DNA of 64,000 bases, taken from Podarcis melisellensis (lineage: Eukaryota). Under the pieces are notes generated by a model. It saw only the letters and a list, made by a program, of their open reading frames with translations, did no database searches and had not been told where the DNA came from. Positions 50,625 through 59,700 of this stretch are shown here, in pieces (position 1 is the stretch's first letter; the number at the start of each line of letters is the position of its first letter). Location: assembly GCA_964234715.1 (NCBI GenBank), contig OZ174283.1; one strand, given 5' to 3'. The position numbers and the translations under genes are program-made.

Positions 50625-53600
50625 TCGGTTTGAATTAGCAGTTGTAGCACTCACATTGCAATAAGAATTATCCCAAACTAAACAAGATCTTCAGACTAAG
50701 TATGCATTTGGAGATCCAGTCCATGCTTTGCCCTATGCCCTGGGTAGGCAAGCTAAGGCCCGGGGGCAGGATCCGGCCCAATTGCCTTCTAAATCTGGCC
50801 TGCAGACAGTCCAGGAATCAGTGTGATTTTACATGAGTAGAACGTGCCCTTTTATTTAAAATGAATCTCTGGGTTATTTGTGGGGCATAGGAATTCGTTC
50901 TTTTTTTCTCTCCAAAATATAGTCTGCCCCCCCCACAAGGTCTGAGGGGCAGTGGACTGACCCTCTGCTGAAAAAGTTTGCTGACCCCTGCCCTAAGCAC
51001 TGGCAACAATCCTTGCTTCGGAAGCATCTGTTGTAGCCACAGTTAAAACCATTACTGTCTTACACCAAGCTGGACCACTGAGCACAGTATTGTCTACACA
51101 TGGGTAGGCAAACTAAGGCCCGGGGGCTGGATCAAGCCCAATTGCCTTCTAAATCCGGCCCGTGGATGGTCCAGGAATCAGCGTGTTTTTACACGAGTAG
51201 AATGTGTCCTTTTATTTAAAGTGTATCTCAGGGCTATTTGTGGAGCCTGCCTGGTGTTTTTACATGAGTAGAATGTGTGCTTTTATTTAAAATGCATCTC
51301 TGGGTTATTTGTGGGGCATAGGAATTCATTCATTATTATTTTTTCCAAAATATAGTCCGGCCCCCCACAAGGTCTGAGGGGCATTGGACCGGCCCCCTGC
51401 TGAAAAAGTTTGCTGACCCCTGGTCTACACTGACTGGCAATGGCTCTCCCATTCACAGCTAGACCTGGTGATGTCAGGGGCTGAACATGGGCCCTTCTGC
51501 ATGCAAGACATGTGCTCCACCACTGAGCTACGGTGCCTCCTGTCACTCCACATCCCAACCAACAAGTTTAACATTACCCACTAAAGGTCAGCCCGACAAG
51601 GGACTGTACTGTAACATTCTGTTCCAAGCACGGCACCCAAATGAGATGCACAGAAACTGGCAGTCTTTGTTATTCAAATAAAATGGTGCCCACAAAGAAA
51701 CAGAACACAGGTCTGAAAGCAAACATCTTTAGGAATTGAATACAGTGGTACCTCGGGTTAAGTACTTAATTTGTTCCGGAGGTCTGTTCTTAACCTGAAA
51801 TTGTTCTTAACCTGAAGCAGCACTTTAGTTAATGGGGCCTCCTGCTGCCGCCGCGCTGCCAGAGCACGATTTCTGTTCTCACCCTGAAGCAAGGTTCTTA
51901 ACCCAAGGTACTATTTCTGGGTTAGCAAAGTCTGTAACTGAAGAGTATGTAACCCGAAGTGTATGTAACCCGAGCTACTATTTCTGTAAATGCTTATTGG
52001 CCAGGTCTGCCAAGGTACTATTTCTGGGTTATCGGAGTCTATAACCTGAAGCGTATGTAAACTGAAGTGTATGTAACCCGAGGTACCACTGTAAATGCAT
52101 ATTGGGCAGGTCTGCAAGTCATAGTAAGCAAAACTATGGCTTTGCAAAAGCAGGTGGGCTCCCGAGAAGGAGATCATACCCAGTTTGCTCCTCCAAAGCC
52201 CTTTTAACTCAGTGCAGCAACTATGCCAAGGTTTGGCTTGTCCCAACCAGGAATTGAGGTGAAGCTCTCCCCTCCTTAATCACAAGCTGCAGCCAAGAAC
52301 AAACCTTGGCTTTGCTGCTGCGCTGCCCTGAGATAAAGGACCTGGGGAGGAGCAGCTCCAAACTCCTCCTTGGGAGCCCACATATTTGCATGTGGATGAT
52401 AAAACCATGGTTTTGCTTAGTACAGGTGTGGGGAACCTTTGACCCTCCAAATATGGTGGAACTACAACTCCCAGCAGCCCTGGCAAGCATGGCCAGAGAC
52501 AATGAGAGTTGTAGTTTTAGTAACATTTGCAAAGCCAAAGTTTCCCCACCGCATTGTGCAGTACATATTTGTTTTTAGGATATGTTCCTTCAATGCTCAA
52601 TTTCACTTTGCAAAGCCATCCAAGTTGGCTGGCCATCACTGCCTCTTCTGGGAGTGAATTCTGTAGTTCGGCTACACAATGTGTGAATAAGTACTTTCTT
52701 TCCACCATTCAGCTTCACTGGATGTCGCTGAGTTCCAGGATTATGAGAGACGGAGAAAATCATTTCTTTCTCCACTTTGTCCATGCCTAATGGTACACAC
52801 GTCTACCATTTTGCCACTTACTTGCCTTTTCTCTAAACTAAAAAAGTCCCCAATGCTGTCATCTTTCCTGATAGTGGAGTTTCTCCATCCCAGCGATAAT
52901 TCTGGTTGCCCTTTTCTGATTTTTTTTCCCAACTCCACAATGAGGTTTTTGAGATGAGGTAACCAGAACATAGGGGTGGCGCTGTGGGTTAAACCACAGA
53001 GCCTAGGGCTTGCCGATCAGAAGGTTGGTAGTTCGAATTCCCATGATGGGGTGAGCTCTCGTTGCTCGGTCCCTGCTCCTGCCAACCTAGCAGTTCGAAA
53101 GCACGTCAAAGTGCAAGTAGATGAATAGGTACCACTCCGGCGGGAAGGTAAACGGCATTTCCGTGCGCTGCTCTGATTCGCCAGAAGCGGCTTCGTCATG
53201 CTGGTCACATGACCCGGAAGCTGTACGCCAGCTCCCTTGGCCAATAAAGCAAGATGAGTGCCACAACCCCAGAGTCGGTCATGACTGGACCTAATGGTCA
53301 GGGGCCCCTTTACCCTTTAACCAGAACATATTCCAAAAGTGCATGGGTCACATAACTGTATAACAGCATCATGATATCAGCAGTTTTATCTCCAGTTCTT
53401 TCTTCAATTATCCCTATCATGGAATTTGCCTTTCTCACACCTGCTGCCACACACTGCGTCCACATCTTTATTGAGGCATAGCTTCCCACTAAGTTTCCCA
53501 GGAACTAGTATTCACAGATAGACTGCCCATGATCCTGGAGGAACTACATCCTTGTCAAGGGTCCTAGCCTTATTCTGAATAATTTTGCCTAATTTCCTTG

Positions 53601-54609
53601 AAAACTCTTCGAGTTGGACTATAGCACCTTGTCGTACCTAAAAGACAAACAAATCTCTTATGGCTTTTGTAGACTAGAGTCAGATGGGTTGGGTATAAAT
53701 AATAAAATTATTACTATTCTTTCTTCAGATGCATGAATGTGTGGTAATTTGACAAGTAAATGGTTGTACCTGGGTGAGAGGGCAGAGAGGGCAGAGCGAA
53801 CCCAAATGAAAACATTATTGGCCATGGCAATTATGCTGTGTGCATCAGAAGCTGCCTTTCACCTACTCAGACTATTAGGCCATTAACTCAATACCATCCA
53901 CACTAAGAGTTTCAGGCAGAGATTTTCCCAGCCTTACCTGGCGATGCAGTGGACTGAACTTGGGGCTTTCTGCATAGAAACATAAAGTTGGAAGGGACCC
54001 CAAGGATCATGTAGTCCAGCCCCCAGCTCTCCCATATAAGGCTCCAACCTGCAACCTTGACGCTATCAGCACCAAGCTCAAACCATCGACGGACGAATTT
54101 TCGAAAACGCACACAATCAATGAGTTAAAAGGCGATGATCAGAATTATGTGGAAACAACCGCAAGTTGCAGCCCTCCCCCGCGACCCGTCCCTGGGCGAG
54201 GAGGCTTCAAGTCTCTGCAGAAAGATCCGACCCGGTCCTCCTGTCTCCGCCTCAGTTTCCCCTCTGTAACAACTTGTGGGGAGAATCCAGGAGACGGGGC
54301 GGCGAAGGACTTTGCCGAGGCAGCCTGATCGGGACTGGACTGTACCTGGTTGTAGCGCAGGACGTGCAGGTCCAGCTGTCCGGCCAGCGACTCCTCCAGC
54401 CGGTGCGCGGCTCCCATCTTCTGCAGCATTTGCTCGAGCTGCCCGGCCGAGAGGCTCCGGTTGCCCCCGAACAGCGCCAGGACATCCCGGGCGAAGGGCG
54501 GCCCCGCCGGCGAGGCGGCTGGCGTCGATCCTTGCGCCCTGGCCGGAGCCAAGCTGGCCAGTGCCAAAGCGAGCGCGGCGGCCAGGAGCGTCCGAGACAC
54601 GAGAGACAT
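26043..54609 (-). CDS. SLC39A8: Metal cation symporter ZIP8 (SLC39A8), spliced CDS of 8 coding exons, 478 aa
   Basis: Exons of 264+166+170+123+171+208+185+150 = 1437 nt join in frame with GT-AG ends. The protein has a signal peptide, CPAVVQQ motif, TM4 HNFIDG, the ZIP8/ZIP14-type [10 protein letters not shown] motif and a ZIP8-type C-terminus ([18 protein letters not shown]...YAGEIELE*). Confidence 0.97.
27499..27730 (+). mobile_element. Older CORE/MIR-like tRNA SINE
   Basis: ACCTTGGGC..GTCAC..TCTCTCAGCCTAACCTACCTCACAGG core; A-rich tail. Confidence 0.7.
31388..31800. mobile_element. Penelope-like retroelement remnant (one inverted and two tandem pseudo-LTR units)
   Basis: Inverted copy 31385-31477; direct copies 31488-31622 and 31664-31800; 12-bp TSD TCTATGTAGAAA; hammerhead cores. 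Confidence 0.85.
31488..31525 (+). ncRNA. Minimal type I hammerhead ribozyme motif (also 31667-31704 plus strand and 31440-31477 minus strand)
   Basis: GTAT-CTGAAGA-A-GTGTGCATGCACAC-GAA-AGCT-C-ATAC: CUGANGA and GAAA cores, stem II hairpin, stem I GTAT/ATAC, palindromic AGCT stem III. Confidence 0.75.
32712..32896 (-). CDS. SLC39A8: SLC39A8 coding exon 7 (TM5-TM7)
   Basis: (G)[61 protein letters not shown]; 185 nt; ATG|GTGAG donor. Confidence 0.97.
33150..33357 (-). CDS. SLC39A8: SLC39A8 coding exon 6 (TM4-TM5 metal site)
   Basis: [46 protein letters not shown]...[10 protein letters not shown]; 208 nt; G|GTAAG donor. Confidence 0.97.
33496..33806 (-). mobile_element. Sauria SINE
   Basis: (ACCTTT)n tail; 12-bp TSD CAACTTCACTTA; internal deletion. 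Confidence 0.92.
34415..34553 (+). mobile_element. tRNA-Lys-derived SINE with CR1-type 3' end (second copy 56445-56582, minus strand)
   Basis: Degenerate tRNA-Lys(CTT) head joined to GGGTTGGACTAGATGACC...ATTCTA. Confidence 0.7.
34568..34979. mobile_element. Solo LTR-like element, copy B
   Basis: Same termini; perfect 5-bp TSD GCTAT. Confidence 0.85.
36045..36335 (-). mobile_element. Solo LTR nested in a hAT MITE (35947-36376)
   Basis: TGTTA...TAACA termini; 5-bp TSD GTAGT; TATA box and duplicated enhancer unit. Confidence 0.82.
36888..37240 (-). mobile_element. Sauria SINE
   Basis: Full length; TSD AATTAA(T/G)GCATT. Confidence 0.92.
37432..37618 (-). mobile_element. tRNA-derived SINE (GCCAGTCAGTGTAGACAATACTGAGC family; other copies near 6061-6866, 16885-17040, 43355-43536 and 51040-51535)
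   Basis: A and B boxes (AGCTCAGTGG, GGTTCAATCCC) and a shared body. Confidence 0.75.
37878..38376. mobile_element. pogo/Tigger-like non-autonomous DNA transposon
   Basis: TIR CCATATTGGCCCGAATATAAGCCGC / GCGGCTTATATTTGGGGCAACATGG; repeated AATATAAGCCGC subterminal motifs. Confidence 0.78.
38464..38792. mobile_element. Composite MITE containing an L2 3' tail, copy 1
   Basis: CACACCTCCAAGTG left end; right end GAAATGTTGGAGGGTATG present twice, flanking an L2 tail. Confidence 0.65.
39463..39704 (-). mobile_element. tRNA-derived squamate SINE with (CTT)n tail (Squam3/POM-SINE-like)
   Basis: Minus strand GGTGTAGTGGTTAAGAGC A box, GGTTCGCATC B box, TGGGTGACCTTGGGCTAGTCAC core, CTT tail. Confidence 0.8.
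40261..40431 (-). CDS. SLC39A8: SLC39A8 coding exon 5 (cytosolic TM3-TM4 loop)
   Basis: [10 protein letters not shown]...[29 protein letters not shown]; 171 nt; tttttag acceptor and CAG|GTATG donor. Confidence 0.93.
40698..40820 (-). CDS. SLC39A8: SLC39A8 coding exon 4 (TM3)
   Basis: [41 protein letters not shown]; 123 nt; CAG|GTGGGT donor. Confidence 0.96.
41515..41684 (-). CDS. SLC39A8: SLC39A8 coding exon 3 (TM1-TM2)
   Basis: (V)[19 protein letters not shown]...[18 protein letters not shown]; 170 nt; GAG|GTAAG donor. Confidence 0.97.
42311..42921. mobile_element. Composite MITE containing an L2 3' tail, copy 2
   Basis: Colinear with 38464-38792; CATTCA duplicated at the flanks; itself inside an older hAT element (~41988-42956). 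Confidence 0.65.
42451..42720 (+). mobile_element. Sauria SINE, 3'-truncated, nested in a composite MITE
   Basis: Same head and core as the other copies. Confidence 0.88.
43680..43845 (-). CDS. SLC39A8: SLC39A8 coding exon 2
   Basis: tttcag|TGC acceptor; [12 protein letters not shown]...[14 protein letters not shown]...PSPTE; donor G|GTACC (phase 1). Confidence 0.95.
44262..44620 (-). mobile_element. L1-clade LINE 3' end
   Basis: Peptide [29 protein letters not shown] followed by an AT-rich 3' UTR ending AATAAAAA. Confidence 0.65.
45298..45839 (+). mobile_element. L2 LINE 3' end interrupted by a Penelope-like insertion
   Basis: Same [15 protein letters not shown] peptide; (ATT)n tail. Confidence 0.85.
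45541..45670. mobile_element. Penelope-like remnant, same family as 31388-31800
   Basis: Inverted pseudo-LTR piece plus 3' end; 12-bp TSD CTGTTTAGGGAA inside L2. Confidence 0.85.
45982..46036. repeat. (TTCC)n(TC)n microsatellite
   Basis: Seen directly. Confidence 0.95.
46197..46413. mobile_element. Tc1/mariner-pogo MITE
   Basis: Same family as 23950-24206. Confidence 0.88.
47377..47514. other. Assembly gap
   Basis: Run of N. Confidence 1.
47558..47908 (-). mobile_element. Sauria SINE
   Basis: TSD TTCAGCCCAATTA. Confidence 0.92.
48482..48806 (+). mobile_element. L2 LINE 3' end
   Basis: Homologous to 11443-11795; (ATT)n tail. Confidence 0.85.
49059..49100. repeat. (TC)n microsatellite
   Basis: Seen directly. 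Confidence 0.95.
49885..50110. mobile_element. Tc1/mariner-pogo MITE
   Basis: Perfect TIR CAGTGGTACCTCGGGTTA; TA TSD. Confidence 0.9.
50567..50626. repeat. (CTTT)n microsatellite
   Basis: Seen directly. Confidence 0.95.
50739..50990. mobile_element. hAT MITE
   Basis: TGGGTAGGCAA / TTTGCTGACCCCTG termini; TSD CCCTA(T/A)GC. Confidence 0.85.
51100..51422. mobile_element. hAT MITE, same family, with an internal duplication
   Basis: TSD GTCTACAC; inserted in a tRNA-SINE. Confidence 0.85.
51743..52091. mobile_element. Tc1/mariner-pogo MITE with duplicated right end
   Basis: Perfect TIR; TA TSD; the segment CCAAGGTACTATTTCTGGGTTA...GTATGTAACCCGA occurs twice. Confidence 0.88.
52565..53470 (-). 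mobile_element. CR1 LINE 3' fragment (split by the Sauria SINE)
   Basis: Degenerate CR1 ORF2 C-terminal peptides ([36 protein letters not shown]). Confidence 0.8.
52973..53317 (+). mobile_element. Sauria SINE inserted in a CR1 fragment
   Basis: 13-bp TSD TAACCAGAACATA. Confidence 0.92.
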
Positions 54610-55015
54610 CGCAGACGACGACGCAGCAGCTGCTCTTGGCTCAGCTGCTCAGCAGAAGCGGCACGGAGGGAGCGCGAAGGGTTAAGGTTTCGCCGACGGC
54701 GCGCACGCGCCTTGCCTTGCCTTCCCTTGCCGGCGGGAGCCAACGAGGAGGTCCTGTCCGCAGCCTCAGCCTCCCTCGGGCGCACTGCGTCCTGCGCGGC
54801 TGCTGGTGACGGGTCTTCCTTCGTCGCTCCCCTCCCCTCCTGGGCAAGGGCAGGGTTTGGGGCGCTCCCTCGGACCTTTCCTAATCCAGGATCGATGGAA
54901 GGGGGGCGGGAGGGCAGGAGCGAAGCCAAAAGAGACGGAGAGGGAAGTTTCTTCCGCAGCAGAAGCGGACGGGACAACGGGACGGCAGAGATGCATTCAG
55001 CTCCTCCTGCGTGAT
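54080..55015. promoter_or_regulatory. CpG island at the SLC39A8 5' end
   Basis: Abrupt rise in GC and CpG density spanning coding exon 1 and ~400 bp upstream. Confidence 0.9.
54346..54609 (-). CDS. SLC39A8: SLC39A8 coding exon 1 (signal peptide and ectodomain start, 88 aa)
   Basis: [26 protein letters not shown]...[10 protein letters not shown]...RYNQ, then donor CAG|GTACAG; hydrophobic signal peptide; inside CpG island. Confidence 0.93.
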
Positions 55016-56757
55016 AGAGGACAGAACATAGGGGCAGGGAAGGTTGAGAAGGCAGCTGAAATCATACAGGAATGGAGTTTCCCAGTTTTTGCTAGGAGAT
55101 TTTATATAGACACACACACACAAGCACATGTGCACACACACGTGTACACACACATACATTGATCCATTAAGAAATTGCTTCTTTGATCCTTCAGCATTGC
55201 ATTTTATTATATTAAAATTGAATTCCATGGATTTCAGATTGTAAGAGAATGAAATACAGTAAAAGAGGCAACAGCAACACATTAAAAAAAATCAATATGA
55301 ATAGTTAGTGCAATAGTTGTACCATCTTACTATCTTCAACCACAACCGCACCCTTCCCCTCTTCTCTCCTTCTGGCTAAACATGCCCATCTCTCTCAACT
55401 GTTCCTCATAGGGCTGGGTTTCTTCCAGACCTCCCTCACCATCATGATCTCCCACCTTTGGACCCGCTCCCATTTGTCAGTCTTAGTCTTAAAATGTGGG
55501 GTCCAGATGTGGCCAGGCCAGTGAAGAATAAAGCAGCACTATTATTGAATTGCAATGCCAGTCAATTCTGTTTGCCCTTGTTCACAGAGAAGGTGCTCAG
55601 GTTCCTCCATCAGTTACTGTTTTATGTTTTGTAAACCACTTTGAAGTGCTATTTTTTTTTTTACAATCAAGCAGGGTATAAATTTAAATAAATAAAGCAT
55701 GAGAAAGGGCCTGTCATGGATGTGACCTGGGAACAAAGGGTCACATTTGAACCCCAAGTCTGAAGTTCCCCACTTCTGCTTTAAACCATCCCTTTATCCC
55801 TTCTCTTTCCCATGCAAGCAATTCTAAATTACTGTACTTTCAAGGGGGAGAATTCCAGGCCCGCCACTACCCTTGCTTGCTGAAGCACTAACTGGATGCA
55901 TAAAAACTTTCCTTTTCAGAAATGTGAAACACACCGAAGAGTTAACAAGGGAGAGGGGGCACAGCATGCGCTTTGCAATTTCAGATGGTAAACAATAGTT
56001 TGCTAGGGCTTGGCTGTGGCTCAGAAATGTCAACATCTGAGCATGCAGATATGAGAGATTTGCCCAGGAAAACAGCAGGGTCATTGCTGATCTCGCTGGG
56101 GCCGGGTTTATCAACTTTCTAAATAATGTCATTAGGGCATGGATGTGTGGATGTTTTGTTTTGCTTTATTCCAGGTGTGCTGATCCCTACAAATTTCACA
56201 GCGGCCGTATGCAGCCTATGTCCCAGTTGTCAACATGAGAGACGCCCCCAATCCGTTATTGTTGCACAGTACACACAGCCCCATCTTGGGTAAACAGGCT
56301 GTGTCAGCATTCAGAAACTCACCCATGTCATTTCATGTGCCCACCTTTACAAGCATTGTTCTCTGTCGTTTTGTTTTAGGGCTAAAGCGAGACACGATGA
56401 GTAAATACGCATAGGATTATGCTGCAGTCGTGCTCTCAAACTATATCATAGAATCGGAAAGTCGGAAGAGACCACAAGGAACATCTGCTTGAAGCCCCCT
56501 GCAATGCAAGAATCTTTTGTCCAACATGGGACTCGAACCCACAACCTTGAGATTAAGAGTCTCGTGCTCTACCAACTAAGCTTCTCGAGACCACCATGGA
56601 TCACACCCCTTTCCCTGGCAGGGTTTCTGCCTGCCTTGTTAGCAGCTACACAACAGGCAGAAATTCAACAAGGACAGGAGCATTGCCAGCAAAAGTGATG
56701 GTGCATCGTCTAGTATTTATTTTTCCTTATCGAGTTGTTCTTCCTACCAATCAGTTG

Positions 56758-56767
56758 GGGAAATCCC
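56758..56767 (+). promoter_or_regulatory. NF-kB consensus site GGGAAATCCC
   Basis: Exact GGGRNWYYCC match; further matches at 55074-55083 (minus GGGAAACTCC) and 59618-59627 (GGGAGTTCCC), near-match at 56845-56854. Confidence 0.5.
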
Positions 56768-59700
56768 GCATGCTCAGGTTACTCAATAGCTTCTCACCTG
56801 GAAGGGTCAAACAGAAGCTTGCCACATGCAAGGTATTTACCAAAGGGAAATCCTGAGAATAGCCTCACACATTTGCACATCCTATTGCTCCATTCTGGTA
56901 GCCACTACTCTTTCACAAACTATTTGCCCATGCTTGTCTTGTTTCACACCGCCTTTCACAATACGTTCTCCCACTATCTTGTTTTCATATGCTGGGGGTG
57001 GGTTGGGGGGGAAGCACGCCGCTTCTCTGCTTACCTCTTGCTGTCGCTGATTATTTCTGCGGTCCTTCAGAATAGCCAATGCTTCTTGCACAGATAAAGC
57101 TTTGAGGAGGGACACAGGTTGCAGTTCAGTCACTGTGCACTGCCAGATAGCCTCGGCCATGTGCAACTGCTCGGGTCAAAAGCCAACCACGGCTGGCCCC
57201 TCCCAGTGGTGGTTTTAGCCTTCCTTTCCTCCAAAAGACAGAGCCAAAACGAATTGGGTAGAGAAACAAATTCCTGCCGCCAATTCAGCTGCTCCAGTTC
57301 CTCATACTGCAAAGTAAGCAATACATGTGGATCTGCCTTTCAGCCTCTGTTGGGAAATAGCTAATATTCCTTCTGACTAAGCAGGGATATGGAAAGCATT
57401 TCAACACAACACCGGGGACATGCTGTCCTTTATTCCTTGCTTCCCTGAACCTGTCCCTCTATACATAGATAGGTTCCTGTTTTGAGCTGTTCCTGGAGAA
57501 TGAAGGTGGGGATCAAGGGGTGGAATGGCAGAGTGAGAGGCTTGCCAAAGAACTGCACTACAGAAGTGCTCATTCTTTGAGAGACCAGCTGAGCTGCCAG
57601 CAGCTCTGCAAATGCCCTTCTCCCTTGTTTCAATGAGCTGCCCTTAGATCATTCTTGAACCAGTCATTTAAAGGAGAGAATCTGCATGGGGGAAACTGCA
57701 GCCACTGTAGTTTTTGTGAAAAGAATCAATGGTGCTCCTGCTTCTGGCCTTCCCAGATCCATCTGGCTGATCACTGGTTGGAACCCAGATCCAGCAGGCT
57801 CTCCTCATGTCCTTAATCTTTCCCCCCACCTGCCACCCATTGCAAGCCCACTTACGGGTTCCAGACACGAAGCTTCCTTATATGTCTTTTTGTGCAATGT
57901 ATAATTCCCCATTCAGCTGTTTCCAGGGCCTAGTGAGTTTGCTGCTGGAAGGCAGAGGGACAGCCTGTGGGGAAAACTATGAAAACAGGCAGATCTCTTG
58001 TACTGTAGGACTCATAGGAGTCAACTCCTAGGGGCTGAGGTCCCTTCAGTTCCCCTAATAAAATATTTGAGGGCACTGGGCTCCCACAAAGTTGATGAGC
58101 ATTGGCATTCAAATGGTGTTTGTGTCTTGTGATCAGTGTGGGGACTTACCTTGCTTCCCCACAATATTTTATTCAATTTAGCACCCCTGGTAGGACTGAT
58201 TTTTCTGGACATTATCTTCACAATTCTTGGAAATGATCTGATATGCTATCAGGGCAGAGCCTACCATTGCATGGCGATTTTCAGCCTCATCTCAATCAAG
58301 GAAGGAGCACTTTGTATGAATCCAGCTATTGCAGCTGCAAATGGATTGAGCAAGGTTATGGGTTGAGTAGAGCTAGAGAAGTGGTGAAGCAACCTCAGAG
58401 ACAAATTGGCATGTGCTAAATGCTATACACACCCATTCAGCACAAGGGGTGGATCTGTGGCATGCTAGAGACCACACTTTTTGTAGTCCTTCCCACTGCC
58501 ACTCCTGTTGGGAATCATTTCCAGGTGTGCCAAGTAACATGGCATAGGGTCGGCATACACCAGGGATGAGGAACCTGTGGCCTTTCAGATGGAATCCAAC
58601 TCCCATCAGCCATATCCATCACAGGCAACGATCAGGGATGATGGGAGTTGTGGTCCAACAAAATCCAGAGGCATTGGATTCTTCATTCCTTCCAATGCAT
58701 GGTACCGAAACGATCCCCTTGCATTGGGGTTGATACCGTTTGTCGCACTTATTCCTGTGCCCTTTAACAGTAACCAAGCATGCAAAAATATAGCTGACGT
58801 TACATGCAAGGAGATAAAAAGGCAGGAAAAGCTTCACCTCTTGCATTGCTGCATAAGGTTATCAGGATCAGGTTTCATGGTCACATTGTGCTCACGTCAT
58901 GCTGCATTAATTAATTGTTGTTGTAAATGGATTTAAAAAAAACCTCCTTCTTTGGTTGACTAGGTAAACTGAACTGCAACACTGCTGCACAGTGGGATAC
59001 TGTTGACACTGCAGGAACACACTGATTCAGTTATAAATATTTTGACATTGTGGGCCCACTTGTCAACGTGTTGGGAGACTGGACTTTGCCACGGTAAGGG
59101 AACATGTGAACCCCTCTTATTTTCTGCATATGACGGGTCATTCAGTAGTCCTTAATAATAATTAAAAAACGCTATTATTTCCCTAACAGATAACTTTCAC
59201 TATCCCACATTTGGTCAGCAACTGACTCTGAAAGCTGTTTTTGAGTTTCATTAAATAAACAAGGCTATTTGCTGTTTTTAGATGTGCGGCCTGTATTTGC
59301 ATAATGCTGAAACGTTCAATTCTTCGGCAATTCCAGGGGGAATTATTTTCTCTTTCCAATCCGCTGCAGAATGAAAATCCTTCTCCATTTTGGGGGCTAG
59401 CCAAAGTTTAACCTCAAGGATGGATGCTCTCTCTCCTCTCTCCCTAATGGTTAAGTTTGTTTTTTATTAAGCTGTAAGTTATTTGAAAAGGAGAGAATGG
59501 CAAATAAGATCTAGGGGGTCATGTAGGTTTAGCCGCCTGTTGCACAAGCAGTTTATATGATCATTCCACTAACCAAAGAGCATTTTAATGATGGCCATGC
59601 CCAGCATAAATTATCAGGGGAGTTCCCCTCTTCCCGGTGGAGTCTACAGTGAATGTAAACAATGTCTCTTGGGACAAGTGAGACTGGCATTCCACAAGGC

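Noticed and set aside
54145-54345. Extension of the exon 1 ORF to 154 aa
   Set aside because: Read-through into intron 1 past a donor whose phase fits exon 2.
54699-54784. MRE cores (TGCRCNC) near the start codon
   Set aside because: Expected by chance in GC-rich sequence; no independent support.
54166-55014. Long overlapping ORFs (282, 241 and 177 aa) around exon 1
   Set aside because: Stop-codon scarcity in a CpG island; Arg/Pro/Ala-rich with no recognisable domain.
58390-58460. Weak exon-6-like peptide (SETNWHVLNAIH) after the inverted ORF
   Set aside because: Different frame and too little identity to support.
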